Below are positions 1 through 11,839 of a stretch of DNA of 64,000 bases, one piece after another (position 1 is the first letter of the stretch; every line of letters begins with the position of its first letter). The stretch spans positions 61,878,001 through 61,942,000 of the forward strand of contig CM059432.1 of assembly GCA_030390025.1 (NCBI GenBank), in the 5' to 3' direction. Position numbers and translations under genes: made by a program. Source of the DNA: Squalus acanthias. Taxonomy: Eukaryota. The notes below the pieces were generated by a model that searched no databases, was not told where the DNA came from, and worked only from the letters and a program-made list of their open reading frames with translations.

Positions 1-225
1 AGTGGTGAGAATGTGGAACTTGCTACCACAGGGAGTAGTTGAAGTGAATAGTATAGATGCATTTAAGGGGCAGTTAGATAAGCATATGAGTGAGAAGGGA
101 GTAGAGGGTTATGCTGATAGAGTTAGATGAGGAAAAACGGGAGGGGGCTCGAGTGGAGCATAAACACTGGCATGGACTGGTTGAGCCGAATGGCCTGTTT
201 CTGTGCTGTATATCCTATGTAATAT
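1..225 (+). mobile_element. CR1 LINE 3' end fragment
   Basis: Encodes the ORF2 C-terminus (VVRMWNLLPQGVVEVNSIDAFK), followed by the typical 3' UTR (gccgaatggcctgtttctgtgctgta); same family as 4835-5610. Confidence 0.85.
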
Positions 226-354
226 AGACAAGTGCTACATGATGCATTTGGCCGAGGAATCATGCATCCAGGGGAGAATCAGAGTGAGGCAAAGGGGGTG
301 TGCACAGGTAATTCACAGCGAATGAGTGGGTAGTGGAACCTGGGATGGAAGATG

Positions 355-490
355 AATCATAGAATGGTTACAGCACAGAAGGAGGCTATTTGGCCCGTCG
401 AGCCCATGCCGGCTCTCTGCAAGAGCACTTCAGCTAGTCCCACTCCCCCGCCCTTTCCCCATAGCCCTGCAAAATGTTTTCCTTCAGGGG
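355..490 (-). mobile_element. CR1 LINE 3' terminal fragment
   Basis: Reverse complement of the CR1 3' UTR seen at 45130-45247. Confidence 0.75.
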
Positions 491-786
491 ATAGTCTCTG
501 ACAATATGCAGTAGATGGTAGGGCAATTGGAATAGTCCACTAGCCACATCTTCACAACACTGCAGTGCATCCTGAAATGTGTGGTAGCTCCAGGACAATC
601 TGCAATGGAGATATGCGCAACAGAGGCCCTAAAGACAATCTCAGCTTCTGCCATGGATGCTTGGACTGTTGCATTGAAGCCTTCGACAGCAGAGGGTAGA
701 GACCTGTTGCTTCTGGTTTTGACAGGTTGTTCAGCAGTTCCGGACAACCATCTCTCAGGGCTTCACTGATGTTATTAACATTAACA

Positions 787-1243
787 GTGTCAGCTGTGAC
801 TCAGTTGGTAGCACTCTTGCCTCTCAGTCAAAAGGTTGTGGATTCAAGCCCCACTCTAGAGACTTGAGTACAAAATCCAGGCTGACACTCCAGTGCAGTA
901 CTGAGGGAGTGCTGCACTGTTGGAGATGCCATCTTTTGGATGAGATGTTAAACCAAGGGCCCCGTCTGCTCTCTCAGGTGGATGTAAAAAATCCCATGGC
1001 ACTATTTTGAAGAAGAGCAGGGGAGTTCTCCCTGGTGTTCTGGCCAATATTTATCCCTTAATCAACATCACTAAAACAGATTATCTGGTCATTGTCACAT
1101 TGGTGTTTGTAGGAGCTTACTTTGTAAATTGGCTGTCACATTTCTTATATTACAACAGTGATTATACTTCAAAAGTATTTAATTGGCTGTAAAGTGCTTT
1201 GGGACATCCTGAGGTAGTGAAAGGTGCTATAAATCTTTCTTTT
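787..1243 (+). mobile_element. tRNA-derived Deu-domain SINE (SacSINE1/AmnSINE-like) with L2-type tail
   Basis: tRNA-like head (gactcagttggtagc...ggattcaagccc), Deu-like core (ggatgagatgttaaacc...atcccatggcact...ctggccaa) and a tail matching the L2 3' ends in this window. Family name is from recall. Confidence 0.8.
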
Positions 1244-1310
1244 ATGTCTGTTTCCTACTGATTAGTGGCCATGCAGAGCCAGTGCCCAGTCCCATTGGCA
1301 TGGCAGGAAC

Positions 1311-1682
1311 TAGGGTCGCCAACTCTGGTTGGATGTATTCTGGGTCGTTTCATCACATGACCTCTAACCACCCCACGCTCTCGCCACTGGTCACCCAACA
1401 CGTCCATCCTACCAGTGCACCACTTTACTATGCCACTTAGAAAGCGAACAGACTTTTTGTTAGTCAATTGGATGACTCTTGACTGTCAGTCAAACAGCCT
1501 TTTTTCCCCATCTCTGATATTTTTATAACTATTAAACAAAAGTGTTCAAATAAAATTTTAAAAAACACAATATTTTTTAATGCCCCTATAACTTTTCTTC
1601 AAGATTGCTTGCAGCAGTGTCCTGGAGATTAATCTTCAATTTCTGGAGACTCTAGGACAATCCTGGAGGGTTGGCAACCCGA
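1311..1682. mobile_element. hAT (Tip100-like) non-autonomous element
   Basis: Imperfect TIRs tagggtcgccaac / gttggcaacccga; degraded 8-bp flanks gcaggaac / ataggaat. Confidence 0.6.
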
Positions 1683-1874
1683 ATAGGAATGAACTCAGAT
1701 GATGCTGATCCCTTGGTTAACCTGGGTCTCCTTAACCACTATGATTGCTGGTGGAACTATTATTGTTGGTGACAATTTAAATCACGATGTGGGTGAGGGG
1801 AAGATAGCTCCTAAGAGTTAAACATGATTCCATTATGGAAAGAAATATAGTTTAGTAAAAACAGCATGTTATCA

Positions 1875-2408
1875 CCTGTCATTTGAATTCTTCAGCCCAC
1901 TCTGTTCTCAGTTGTCTACAGTGTTCCAATGAAGCTCAACGTAAGCTCGAGGAACAGCATCTCATCTTTCTTTTACAGCCTTCCAGACTCAACATCGAGC
2001 TCAACAATTTCAGATCATAACCTCTGCCCCCATTTTTTCGGACGGCAGCTGCTGCTGATGATTCTGCTATTGTCATTTACACCTCCTCTAGACCCATCTT
2101 TTGTTTCTTTCCTTGTCCCATTACCATCTCCTTTCACATTGCACCATCGTCCCTTTTGTCATTTAATCGCTCCTGCCTTCCACCCCATCACAGACCTTCC
2201 TTTTGTTTTTCCTCCCCTTCCCCCTTTCCCCACCTCAGTACTTGCTTAAAACCTGTCACATCTCTAACCTTTTCCATTCTGATGAAAGGTCATCGACCTA
2301 AAACGTTAACACTGTTTCTCTCTCCACCTATGCTGCCTGACTTGCTGAGTATTCCCAGCATTTTCTGTTTTTATTTCAGATTTCCAGCAGCCACAGTATT
2401 TTGTTTTG
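1875..2408 (+). mobile_element. Penelope-like element 3' remnant (GIY-YIG C-terminus plus terminal repeat)
   Basis: Degenerate coding QCSNEAQRKLEEQHLIF..LQPSRLNIELNNFRS*, then a terminal segment that recurs inverted at 21950-22085 and carries a hammerhead-like core. Confidence 0.7.
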
Positions 2409-2779
2409 GTATTGATGTTATGGGTGCTGCCCTATTTCATCGTCTGAACAAAACGGCTCCCCGGTATAAAACCAGATGCTTAATCATATTTAGACAACTA
2501 TGTTTAATGTTTAACTGTTAGATAAATGATGCTTTAATTATCTGATCAATTTCATAGTTTCTGCGATAAGACGGTGCATTTTTTATTGTTTCTAGTTTTC
2601 TACTACACATATATACGCAATATACAATACATAGCTCTTTGTTCTTGTAACATCTTCACGTATGCAACAACAAAAAAAAAACAAGCGTTGGCAGGTGTTT
2701 AATGGTTGCAGCTTCTTCTCCAGAGAGAGACAGGGTGGAGCTAAGCGTACCCTGCAACACACACACACATATTCTAGTC

Positions 2780-3820
2780 ACAAAAGCAGAGCGCGGCAGG
2801 GAAGGGGCGCGCCACGTGACGTTCTCTCACATTCCCCGGGCGGGTGCGCGAGTGAATGGGTGCACGTGAGGCGGGAGAGAATTCGCGGTGGTTCCTGAGC
2901 CGGGGAAGAATCACCATGGAAACGGCGCGGGCGAGTGAGCGTGCGGCTTCCCTGAGCGCTGAGTGGTGGGCGCGGCACCGGGTGCCTGTTGTTCCTCTCA
3001 GTCACCACTGCCGGCACCCGGCTTCTGAGGAGAGGAGAGGAGCGGAGCAGAGCATTACTACCACCACCCCCAAACCTTCACATATTAACCATCTGCAATA
3101 TTTCGCTCGTCTTTTTTTTTTGAAACCCATATAACATATTTTGAAAGTGGGACGAGAAGAAACCTGTTTTGGTTTGATTATTCCTTAATTATCTGCCCTC
3201 CCCGCAGCCAGTTAAGCGCAGTAAATTTACCAAAATTAAGAGCAATTCAAAAAAAATAAAGGGGCCCCACCCCAACTAAGCCCGTTCTTTGAAAGGATTT
3301 CTGTGTCTTAGACAAACACTGGTGCGAGATTTACAACAAAAAACAGTAAGTAAAATGCAGGGGGGTCTGTGCAGTGTGTCAGCGCGCGATTTAAGGGTGT
3401 TTGATCATTTTACAGACCGCAGTGTCCCCCCGCCCCCTCCATCACCCTCCCGTTTAAAGGCCGGAGTCAGGGTGTGTGTGCCCTGCCCGACCTGCCCAGT
3501 ACTCCCATCTCTAGGCCAGGCTGCTTTGTCATTCAGTGGGTGGGCGGCAGAAGCACTCGGGAGAATTGCGGCCTGATGTTTACTCGCAGCCGCATCTCGC
3601 CTGACAGCTGTGCCCTGCACAGGGAGGGAGGTGTTCAGGAGGAAATGCAAACGACCCCGTTAGGTACCGTCAGCATACAAAGACCAAGTCATAAATTGCG
3701 CGTTTACTGGGTTTCAAATTGTTAAAATGTTTAAAAAATTATCTTTACGAGTGTCCCTGCGTAGTTGTGGTCGGCGCGTTGCTGCGTGGGAGAACCGCAA
3801 ATGGAAACTTTTGAAAGTAA
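2780..3820 (+). promoter_or_regulatory. CpG island / candidate upstream promoter and non-coding first exon
   Basis: Abrupt CpG-rich, repeat-free segment; CACGTG E-boxes at 2813 and 2863; X-box-like ATCACCATGGAAAC at 2910-2923; GTAAGT donors at 3346 and 3817. Confidence 0.7.
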
Positions 3821-4834
3821 GTGCAAAAAAAATAAACGATTTCTATCAGAATGTTATTCTTTTATCTGGATTCAGACATCTGTTTTAATAACATTTTAAT
3901 ATAAAATTTGAAGTTTTACCTTTTTGAGAGAAAGACTTAAAATTTAAAAACCTATGGTTGGAAACGAGTTGTGCGTGTCTTCAAAATATTTTATGTATAT
4001 TTATGTTTAATAAAGTTAACTGATAGCCTAATAATAGTTAGGACTAGGAGCTAATTAGTCTCTCCCAATGACAACATTTAACGATGAAACAAAAGTGTAT
4101 GAGGTGTCAAGAAGAAAGATCCTCTTGTATTTCATAACATTTTAGGTACTGTATAATGAGCAAGGTTTAAAGACTTGACAACAGCACACTTTGTGATTGC
4201 TTAAAATGCTTGCTTTACAATTGATCACCTGATCATAGGTTATTGAGAACTGGTAGTAATATGAATACTTTTGAGGAGTTTTACCTGATTTTACTTGCCT
4301 CCTGGGTTTGCAGGTAGATTTTGACTTTTTGCTCAAACTCCAATTTTATTTTCAAGACTTGTATAAGTCAGATTTATTTTTTTGACTGATTTTTCAGTTG
4401 TATTTGAAGTGATAAGCCAGTGAAATCATATGTCCGCTATCCCTTCGTATTCTTACTTTGTGTAGAAATGCCTTTGAGAATAAGAACATCTTAACTTGGA
4501 CAGATACAACCTCACAATGATAAGTAATGACACAAAGTGGCTTTAGCTGAATTCCTTTGGCTGCACAAATGATCATTAAAATATTTTTTGGTTGAAAACC
4601 TACAAGTGTTACCACATATGCTGTGGTTAGTTGTGGATTAATTAGTCAACCTAATTTTGTAAGACAATTTTATCAGATTGTGGTGACCATTACTGTACTT
4701 GGAAAAATTTACCTCTGCTGGGTTTGCCTTTTTCTGGACTACTTTGCATACTGAAACTTGAAGCAACAACTTGGCTTTATGTAACACCTTTTATATAGCA
4801 CCTATCAAGGTAGAAAACCAACCCAAGGTACTTT

Positions 4835-5610
4835 ACATAAGATTACATAGGATATATGGCACAGAAACAGGCCATTCGGCCCAACCAGTCCATGCCGGCG
4901 TTTATGCTCCACACGAGCCTCCTCCTGTCTTTCCTCATCTAAATCTATCAGCGTAACCCTCTATTCCCTTCTCCCTCATATGCTTGTCTAGCCTCCTCTT
5001 AAATGCATCTATACTATTTGCTTCAACCACTCCCTGTGGTAGCGTGTTCCATAATCTCACCACTCTCTGGGTAAAGAAGTTTCTTCTGAATTCCCTATTG
5101 GATTTCTTGGTAACTATCTTATATTGATGGCCTCTAGTTATGCTCTTCCCCACAAGCGGAAACATTCTCTCTGTATCTACTCTATCACAATTTTTTATAA
5201 TTTTAAAGACCTCTATTCGGTCACCCCTCAGCCTTTTTTCAAGAGAAAAGAGACCCAGCCTGTTCATCCTTTCCTGATAGGTATACCCTCGCATTTCTGG
5301 TATCATCCTTGTAAATCTTCTCTGCACACTCTCCAGTGCCTCTATATCCTTTTTTATAATATGGCGACCAGAACAGTACGCAGTAGTCCAAGTGTGGTCT
5401 AACCAAGGTTCGATACAGGTTGAGCATAACCTCCTACTTTTCAATTCTATCCCTCTAGAAATAAACCCTAGTGCTTGGTTTGCTTTTTTTATGGCCTGCT
5501 AACCTGTGTCGCAACTTTGTGATTTGTGTATTTGTACTCCAAGATCCCTTTGTTCCTCTACCCCACCTAGACTCGCACCCTCCAAGTGATGTGACCTCCC
5601 TATTATTCCT
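4835..5610 (-). mobile_element. CR1 LINE 3' fragment
   Basis: ORFs 4935-5444 and 5239-5427 (LYRTLVRPHLDYC; RRNFFTQRVVRLWN). Confidence 0.9.
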
Positions 5611-5639
5611 ACCAAGAATTTTAAGACATGAAGATAAAA

Positions 5640-6480
5640 AAACATAGAGCCAAAGAAGGAGAGACTAGAAGGGGTGACTAAAAGCTTGGTCAGAGAGGTG
5701 AGTGTTGAGGAGGAGCGGGAGGTGATTCCAGAAAGTAGCACCTAGATGACCGGCACGGCCACTATTAGTGGGATAGAGAAAGACTGGATCTAGACTAAGG
5801 CCTGTGTCAGGGGAACAGAGTTCAGAGGGGATGTAGGGTACAAGGAAGTTGTAGATCAGATGAGGGGGTGAGGCCCTGGAGGGATTTGAACACAACAGTG
5901 AGTATTTTAACTTGAGATGTTGGGCGCTGGGAACCAATGTAGATCAGTCAGGATGAAAGTGATGGGTGAGCAGGACTTGATGTGTAAATAGGATGCAAAA
6001 GCAGAATTTTGGATGAACTAAGATTGTAGAGGATTGGAGATCACTGGAGTAATCAAGTCTGGAGATGACAAAAGCATGAATGTTAAGTTTAGCGACAGAT
6101 GGGCTGAAGTAGGGGCGGAGATGGGCAATGTTACGGAACTGGAAGCTGGCGATCTTTGTGATGGAGAAGATACAAGGGTGAAAGCTCGGTGTGAAGAAGG
6201 ATACTGAGGTTGTGAACCGTCCAGTTCAGCTTGAGACAGTGGCCATGGAGGGGGGATGGAGTTAGTGGCAACAGAATGGCGTTTGTGGTCGAGGCTGAAG
6301 ATGATGGATTCAGTCTTCCCAATGTTAATTTGAGGAAGTTACGGCTTATTCAAGGCTGGATGTCAAACAATCAGCCTGACAGCACAGAGGCATTGGAGGG
6401 GCCAAGAGAGTTATCAAGAGGTAGAGCTGCTTGTCATTAGGTACATGTGGATGTTGATCCTATGTCTGCAGATGATGTGA
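5640..6480 (-). mobile_element. L2 LINE 3' fragment, degenerate
   Basis: Homologous to the reverse complement of the L2 at 21800-22935. Confidence 0.7.
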
Positions 6481-9400
6481 TCATGTAGAAGAGGTGGGCA
6501 AGGGCTTTAAACTAATGAAGGGGGGGTGGGAGGCTTCAGGAAAGAGTAAATTTAAAAGCAGCGAGTGAAATGTCAAGGCTCTAGAGCAGAGTAGAGTTTT
6601 GGGTAAAAATAAGCAGAATGGGTCAGGAAGGGACAGAGTAACAAAGGTAATAAGGCATCAGTGACTAAGGTGACAGCAGGGAAAAATAGAAATAAGTCAA
6701 AGCTAAAGGCACTATATCTGAATGTGCGAAGCATTTGCCACAAAATAGATGAATTAATAGCACAGATAGAAATTAACAGGTTTGATCTAATAGCTATAAC
6801 GGAGACGTGATTGCAAAGTGGCCAAGGTTGGGAACTAAATATTCCAGGATACTTAACTTTCGAAGATATCGGCAAAATGGAAAAGGAGGAGGGGTAGACC
6901 TGATAAAGGATGGGATAAAGACAGTAGAGAGAAAGGATCTTAGCTCCGAAAATCAAGAAGTAGAATCAGTTTGGGTGGAGCTAAGAAACAGCAAGGGGCA
7001 GAAAACATTGGTGGGAGTTGTTTATAGGCCCCCAAACAGTAGTTGTAGTGGAGGGCAGAGTATAAATCAGGAAATTAGAGGCGCATGTAACAAGGGTAAT
7101 ACAGTAATCATGGGGGACTTTAATCTACATATAGACTGGGCAAACCAAATTTGCAGTAATAGCGTGGAGGACGAATTCATGGAATGTATGCAAGATAGTT
7201 TTCTAGATCAGTGTTGAGGAACCAACTAGGGAACAGGCTATTTTAGATCTAGTATTTTGCAATGAGAAAGGGTTAATTAATAACCTTGTAGTAAAGGGGC
7301 CTTTAGGGAAGAGTGACCATAATATGATAGAATTTTATATTGAGGTTTGAAAGTGATTTAGTTAAATCCGAAACTAGGTCTTAAATCTAAACAAAGCAAA
7401 CTATATAGGTATGCGGGGCGAGTTGGCTACGGTAAATTGGGAAACTACATTAAAAGGCATGACGGTAGACAAGCAATGGCTAGCATTTAAAGAATTAATA
7501 CATAATTTACAACAAATATACATTCCTTTAAGGCACAAAAACCCCACAGGAAAAGTGGTCCAACCGTGGCTAACAAGAGAAGTTAAAGATAGTATTAGAT
7601 CAAAGGAAGAGGCTTGTAATGTTGCCAAAAAGAGTAGTAAGTAAGCCTGAGGATTGGGAGGATTTTAGAATTCAGCAAAGTAGGACCAAGAAATTGATAA
7701 AGAAAGGGAAAATAGAATATGCGAGTAAACTAGCGAGAGACGTTAAAACAGACTGTAAAAGCTTCTATAGGTATGTAAAAAGGAAAAGATAAGCAAAAGT
7801 AAATATGGGTCCCTTACAGTCTGAGACGGGAGAAATTATAATGGGGAATAAGGAAATGGCAGAGAAATTAAACAAATATGTTCGTGTCTGTCTTCACGGA
7901 AGAAGACGCAACTTCCTGGAAATAGTGGAGAACCAAGGCTCTAGCGAGAATGAGGAACTGAAAGAAATTAGTATTAGTAAAAAAATAGTACTGGAGAAAT
8001 TAATGGGAGTGAAAGCCGATAAATCCCCTGGACCTGATGGCCTACATCCTAGGATTTTGAAGGAGGTGGCTATAGAGATAGTGGATGCATTGGTTGTCAT
8101 CTTCCAAAATTCCATAGATTCTAGAACGGTTCCCGCGGATTGGAAGGTAGAAAATGTAACCCCACTATTTAAGAAAGGAGGGAGAGAGAAAACGGTGAAC
8201 TACAGACCAGTTAGCCTGACATCAGCAGTAGTAGGGAAAATGCTAGAATCTATTAGTAAGGACGTGGTAACAGGGCACTTAGAAAACAATAATAGGATTG
8301 GGCAGAGTCAATACGGATTTTTGAAAGGGAAATCATGTTTGACGAATCTGTTCGAATTTTTTGAGGTTGTAACTAGCAAAATAGATAAGGGGGAACCAGT
8401 GGATGTGGTGTATTTGGATTTTTAGAAGGCATTCGATAAGGTGCCACACAAGAGGTTATTAAACAAAATTAGGGCTCATGGGATTGGGGGTAATATACTA
8501 GCATAGATTGAGGATTCGTTAATGGACAGAAAACAGAAAGTAGGAATAAACGGGTCATTTTCGGGTTGGCAGGCTGTAACTAGTAGGGTACCGCAAGGAT
8601 CAGTGCTTGGGCCTCAGCTATTCGCAATCTACATCAATGATTTGGATGAGGGGATCAAATGTAATATATCCAAGTTTGCTGATGATACAAAGCTGGGTGG
8701 GAATGTAAGTTGTGAGGAGGATGCAAGGAGGCTTCAAGGGGATATGGACAGGCTAAGTGAGTGGGCAAGAACATGGCAAGTGGAATATAATGTGGAGAAA
8801 TGTGAAGTTATCCACTTTGGTAGGAAAAATAGAAAAGCAGAGTATTTTTTAAATGGTGAGAGATTGGGAAATGTTGGTGTTCAGAGGGACCTGTGTGTCC
8901 TTGTACATGAATCACTGAAAGTTAACATGCAGGTACAGCAAGCAATTAGGAAAGCAAATTGTATGTTGGCCTTTATTACAAGAGGATTTGAGTGTAAGAG
9001 TCAAGACGTCTTACTGCAGTTATATAGGGCCCTGGTGAGACCACACCTGGAGTATTGTGTACAGTTTTGGTCTCCTTACCTAAGGAAGGATATACTTGCC
9101 ATAGAGGGAGTGCAATGAAGGTTCACCAGACTGGTTCCTGGGATAAGGGGTTTGTCCTATGAGGAAAGATTGAGTAGACTAGGTCTATATTCTCTAGCGT
9201 TTAGAAGAATGAGCGGTGATCTAATTGAAACATACAAAATTCTTACAGGGCTTGACGGGGTAGTTGCAGGGAGCATGTTTCCCCTGGCTGGGGAGTCTAG
9301 AACCAGGGGTCACAGTCTCAGAATAAGGGGTCGGCCACTTAGGACTTGAGATGAGGAGAAATTTCTTCACTCAGAGGGTGGTGAATCTTTGGAATTCTCT

Positions 9401-10542
9401 ACCCCAGAGGACTGTGGAGGCTCAGCCGTTGCATATATTCAAGACAGAGATCGATAGATTTTTGAATATAAGGGAATCAAGGGATATACCACTTTGGATA
9501 CTGTTGTTGGGGGGGGGGGGGGGGGATGACTTATCAGGGGAAGGCAGCAGCAGCTAACTTCCTGGCACCATGTGTGGTTCTGCTGCACAGGCTGGGAGGA
9601 AAAAGTGTAGAAGAGCTATAGTGATAGGGGACTCAATTGTAAGGGGAATAGATAGGTGTTTCTGCGGCCGCAAACGAGACTCCAGGATGGTGTGTTGCCT
9701 CCCTGGTGCAAGGGTCAAGGACGTCTCGGAGCGGCTACAGAACATTTTGGAGGGGGAGGGCGAACAGCCAGTTGTCGTGGTGCACATAGGCATCAACGAT
9801 ATAGGTAAAAAACGGGATGAGGTCCTAAAAGCAGAATATAGGGAGTTAGGAGGTAAATTTAAAAAATAGGACCTCAAAGGTAGTAATCTCAGGATTGCTA
9901 CCAGTGCCACGTGCTAGTCAGAGTAGAAATAGGAGGATATTTCAAATGAATACGTGGCTAGAGGAATGGTGCAAGGGGGAGGGATTCAAATTCCTTGGAC
10001 ATTGGAACCGGTTCTGGGGGAGGTGGGACCAGTACAAACGGGACGGTCTGCACCTGGGCAGGGCCGGGACCGAGGGGAAGTGTTTGCTAGTGCTGTTGGG
10101 GAGGGTTTAAACTAAAGTGGCAGGGGGTTGGGAACCTGAGCAGGGAGACCGAGGAAAGGGAAACAAGGATAAAAGCAAAAGACAGGAAGGAGAAAAACAA
10201 AAGTAGAAGGCAAAGAACTCAACGGTTTAAATCAAACATGGTCACAGTAAATAATAATTCATATAGGTCTGAGAGCATTAAAAAAACAAGCCTGATGGCT
10301 TTGTGTCTTAATGCAAGGAGCATTCGGAACAAGGTGGATGAATTAGCTGCGCAAATAGAGGTAAATGAATACGATTTGATTGGGATTACAGAAACATGGC
10401 TCCAGGGTGGCCAAGGCTGGGAACTCAACATCCAGGAGTATTCAACATTTAGGAAAGATAGGCAAAAAAGAAAGGGAGGTGGGGTAGCATTGCTGGTTAA
10501 AGAGGGGATTAACACAATTGAAAGGAAGGATATTAGCTCTGA

Positions 10543-10907
10543 AGAAATTTCTCCTCATCTCCATACTAAATGGCCTACCCCTCATTCTGTGACTGTGGCC
10601 CCGTGTTCTAGATTCCCCAGCCAGGGGAAACATTTTCCCAGCATTAACCCTGTCAAGCCCCTTAAGAATTTTATATGTTTCAATTAGATCACCTCTCATT
10701 CTTCTAAACTCTAAGGAATATAGACCTAGTCTACTCAATCTCTCTTCATAGGGCAATCCCCTCATCCCAGGAACCAGTCCAGTGAACCTTCGCTGCACTC
10801 CCTCTAAGGCAAGTATGTCTTTCCTTAGGTAAGGAGACCAGAACTATACACAGTACTCCAGGTGTGGCCTCACCCATGCCCTGTATAATTGTAGTAAGAC
10901 TTCTTTA
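10543..10907 (-). mobile_element. Inverted internal CR1 ORF2 fragment between 117-bp direct repeats
   Basis: ORF 10442-10798 (-) QRRFTGLVPGMRGLPYEERL; lacks a CR1 3' tail. Confidence 0.9.
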
Positions 10908-11839
10908 CAACATCCAGGGGTATTCAATATTTAGGAAAGATAGGCAAAAAAGAAAGGGAGGTGGGGTAGCATTGCTGGTTAAAGAGGGGATTAACACAAT
11001 TGAAAGGAAGGATATTAGCTCTGATGATGTGGAATCTGTATGGGTAGAACTGAGAAATAACAAGGGGCGGAAAACGTTAGTGGGAGTGGTATATAGACCT
11101 CCAAACAGTAATACGGAGGTTGGGGACGGCATTAAAAGGGAAATTAGAGAAGCATGCAGTAAGGGCACAGCAGTAATCATGGGTGACTTTAATTTACATA
11201 TAGATTGGGCTAACCAAATTAGTAAAAATACTGTGGAGGAGGAATTCCTAGAATGTTTACAGGATGGTTTTCTGGAACAATGTGTCGAGGAACCAACCAG
11301 AGATCAGGCCATCTTAGACTGGGTATTATGTAACGAGAAAGGATTAATTAGCAATCTTGTTGTACGAGGCCCCTTGGGTCAGAGTGATCATAATATGATA
11401 GAATTCTTCATTAAGATGGAGAGTGAAGTAGTTGAATCAGAGACTAGGGTCCTGAATTTAAATAAAGGAAACTACGATGGTATGAGGCGCGAATTGGGTA
11501 GGCTTGATTGGGGAATGTCACTCAAAGGGTTGACGGTGGATAGGCAATGGCAAACATTCAAAGACTGCATGGATGAACTACAGAATTTGTTCATCCCAGT
11601 GTGGCATAAGAATAAAACAAAAAGGGTGACTCAACCGTGGCTAACAAGGGAAATTAGGGATAGCATAAGATCCAAGGAGAGGGCATATAAATTGGCCAGA
11701 AAAAGCGGTAGCCCTGAGGATTGGGAGCAGTTTAGGATTCAACAAAGGAGGACAAAGGGATTAATTAAGATGGGGAAAATAGAATATGAAAGTAAGCTTT
11801 CAGGGAACATAAAAACTGACTAAGAGCTTTTATAGTTAT

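Noticed and set aside
787..860. tRNA-like sequence
   Set aside because: It is the head of a SINE, has no complete cloverleaf, and recurs in the other SINE copies.
2856..3725. ORFs in the CpG island (e.g. METARASERAA...)
   Set aside because: No recognisable protein; such ORFs are expected by chance in GC-rich DNA. ATGGAAACTTTTGAAA|gt at 3801 is phase 1, incompatible with the phase-2 MAPRE2 intron.
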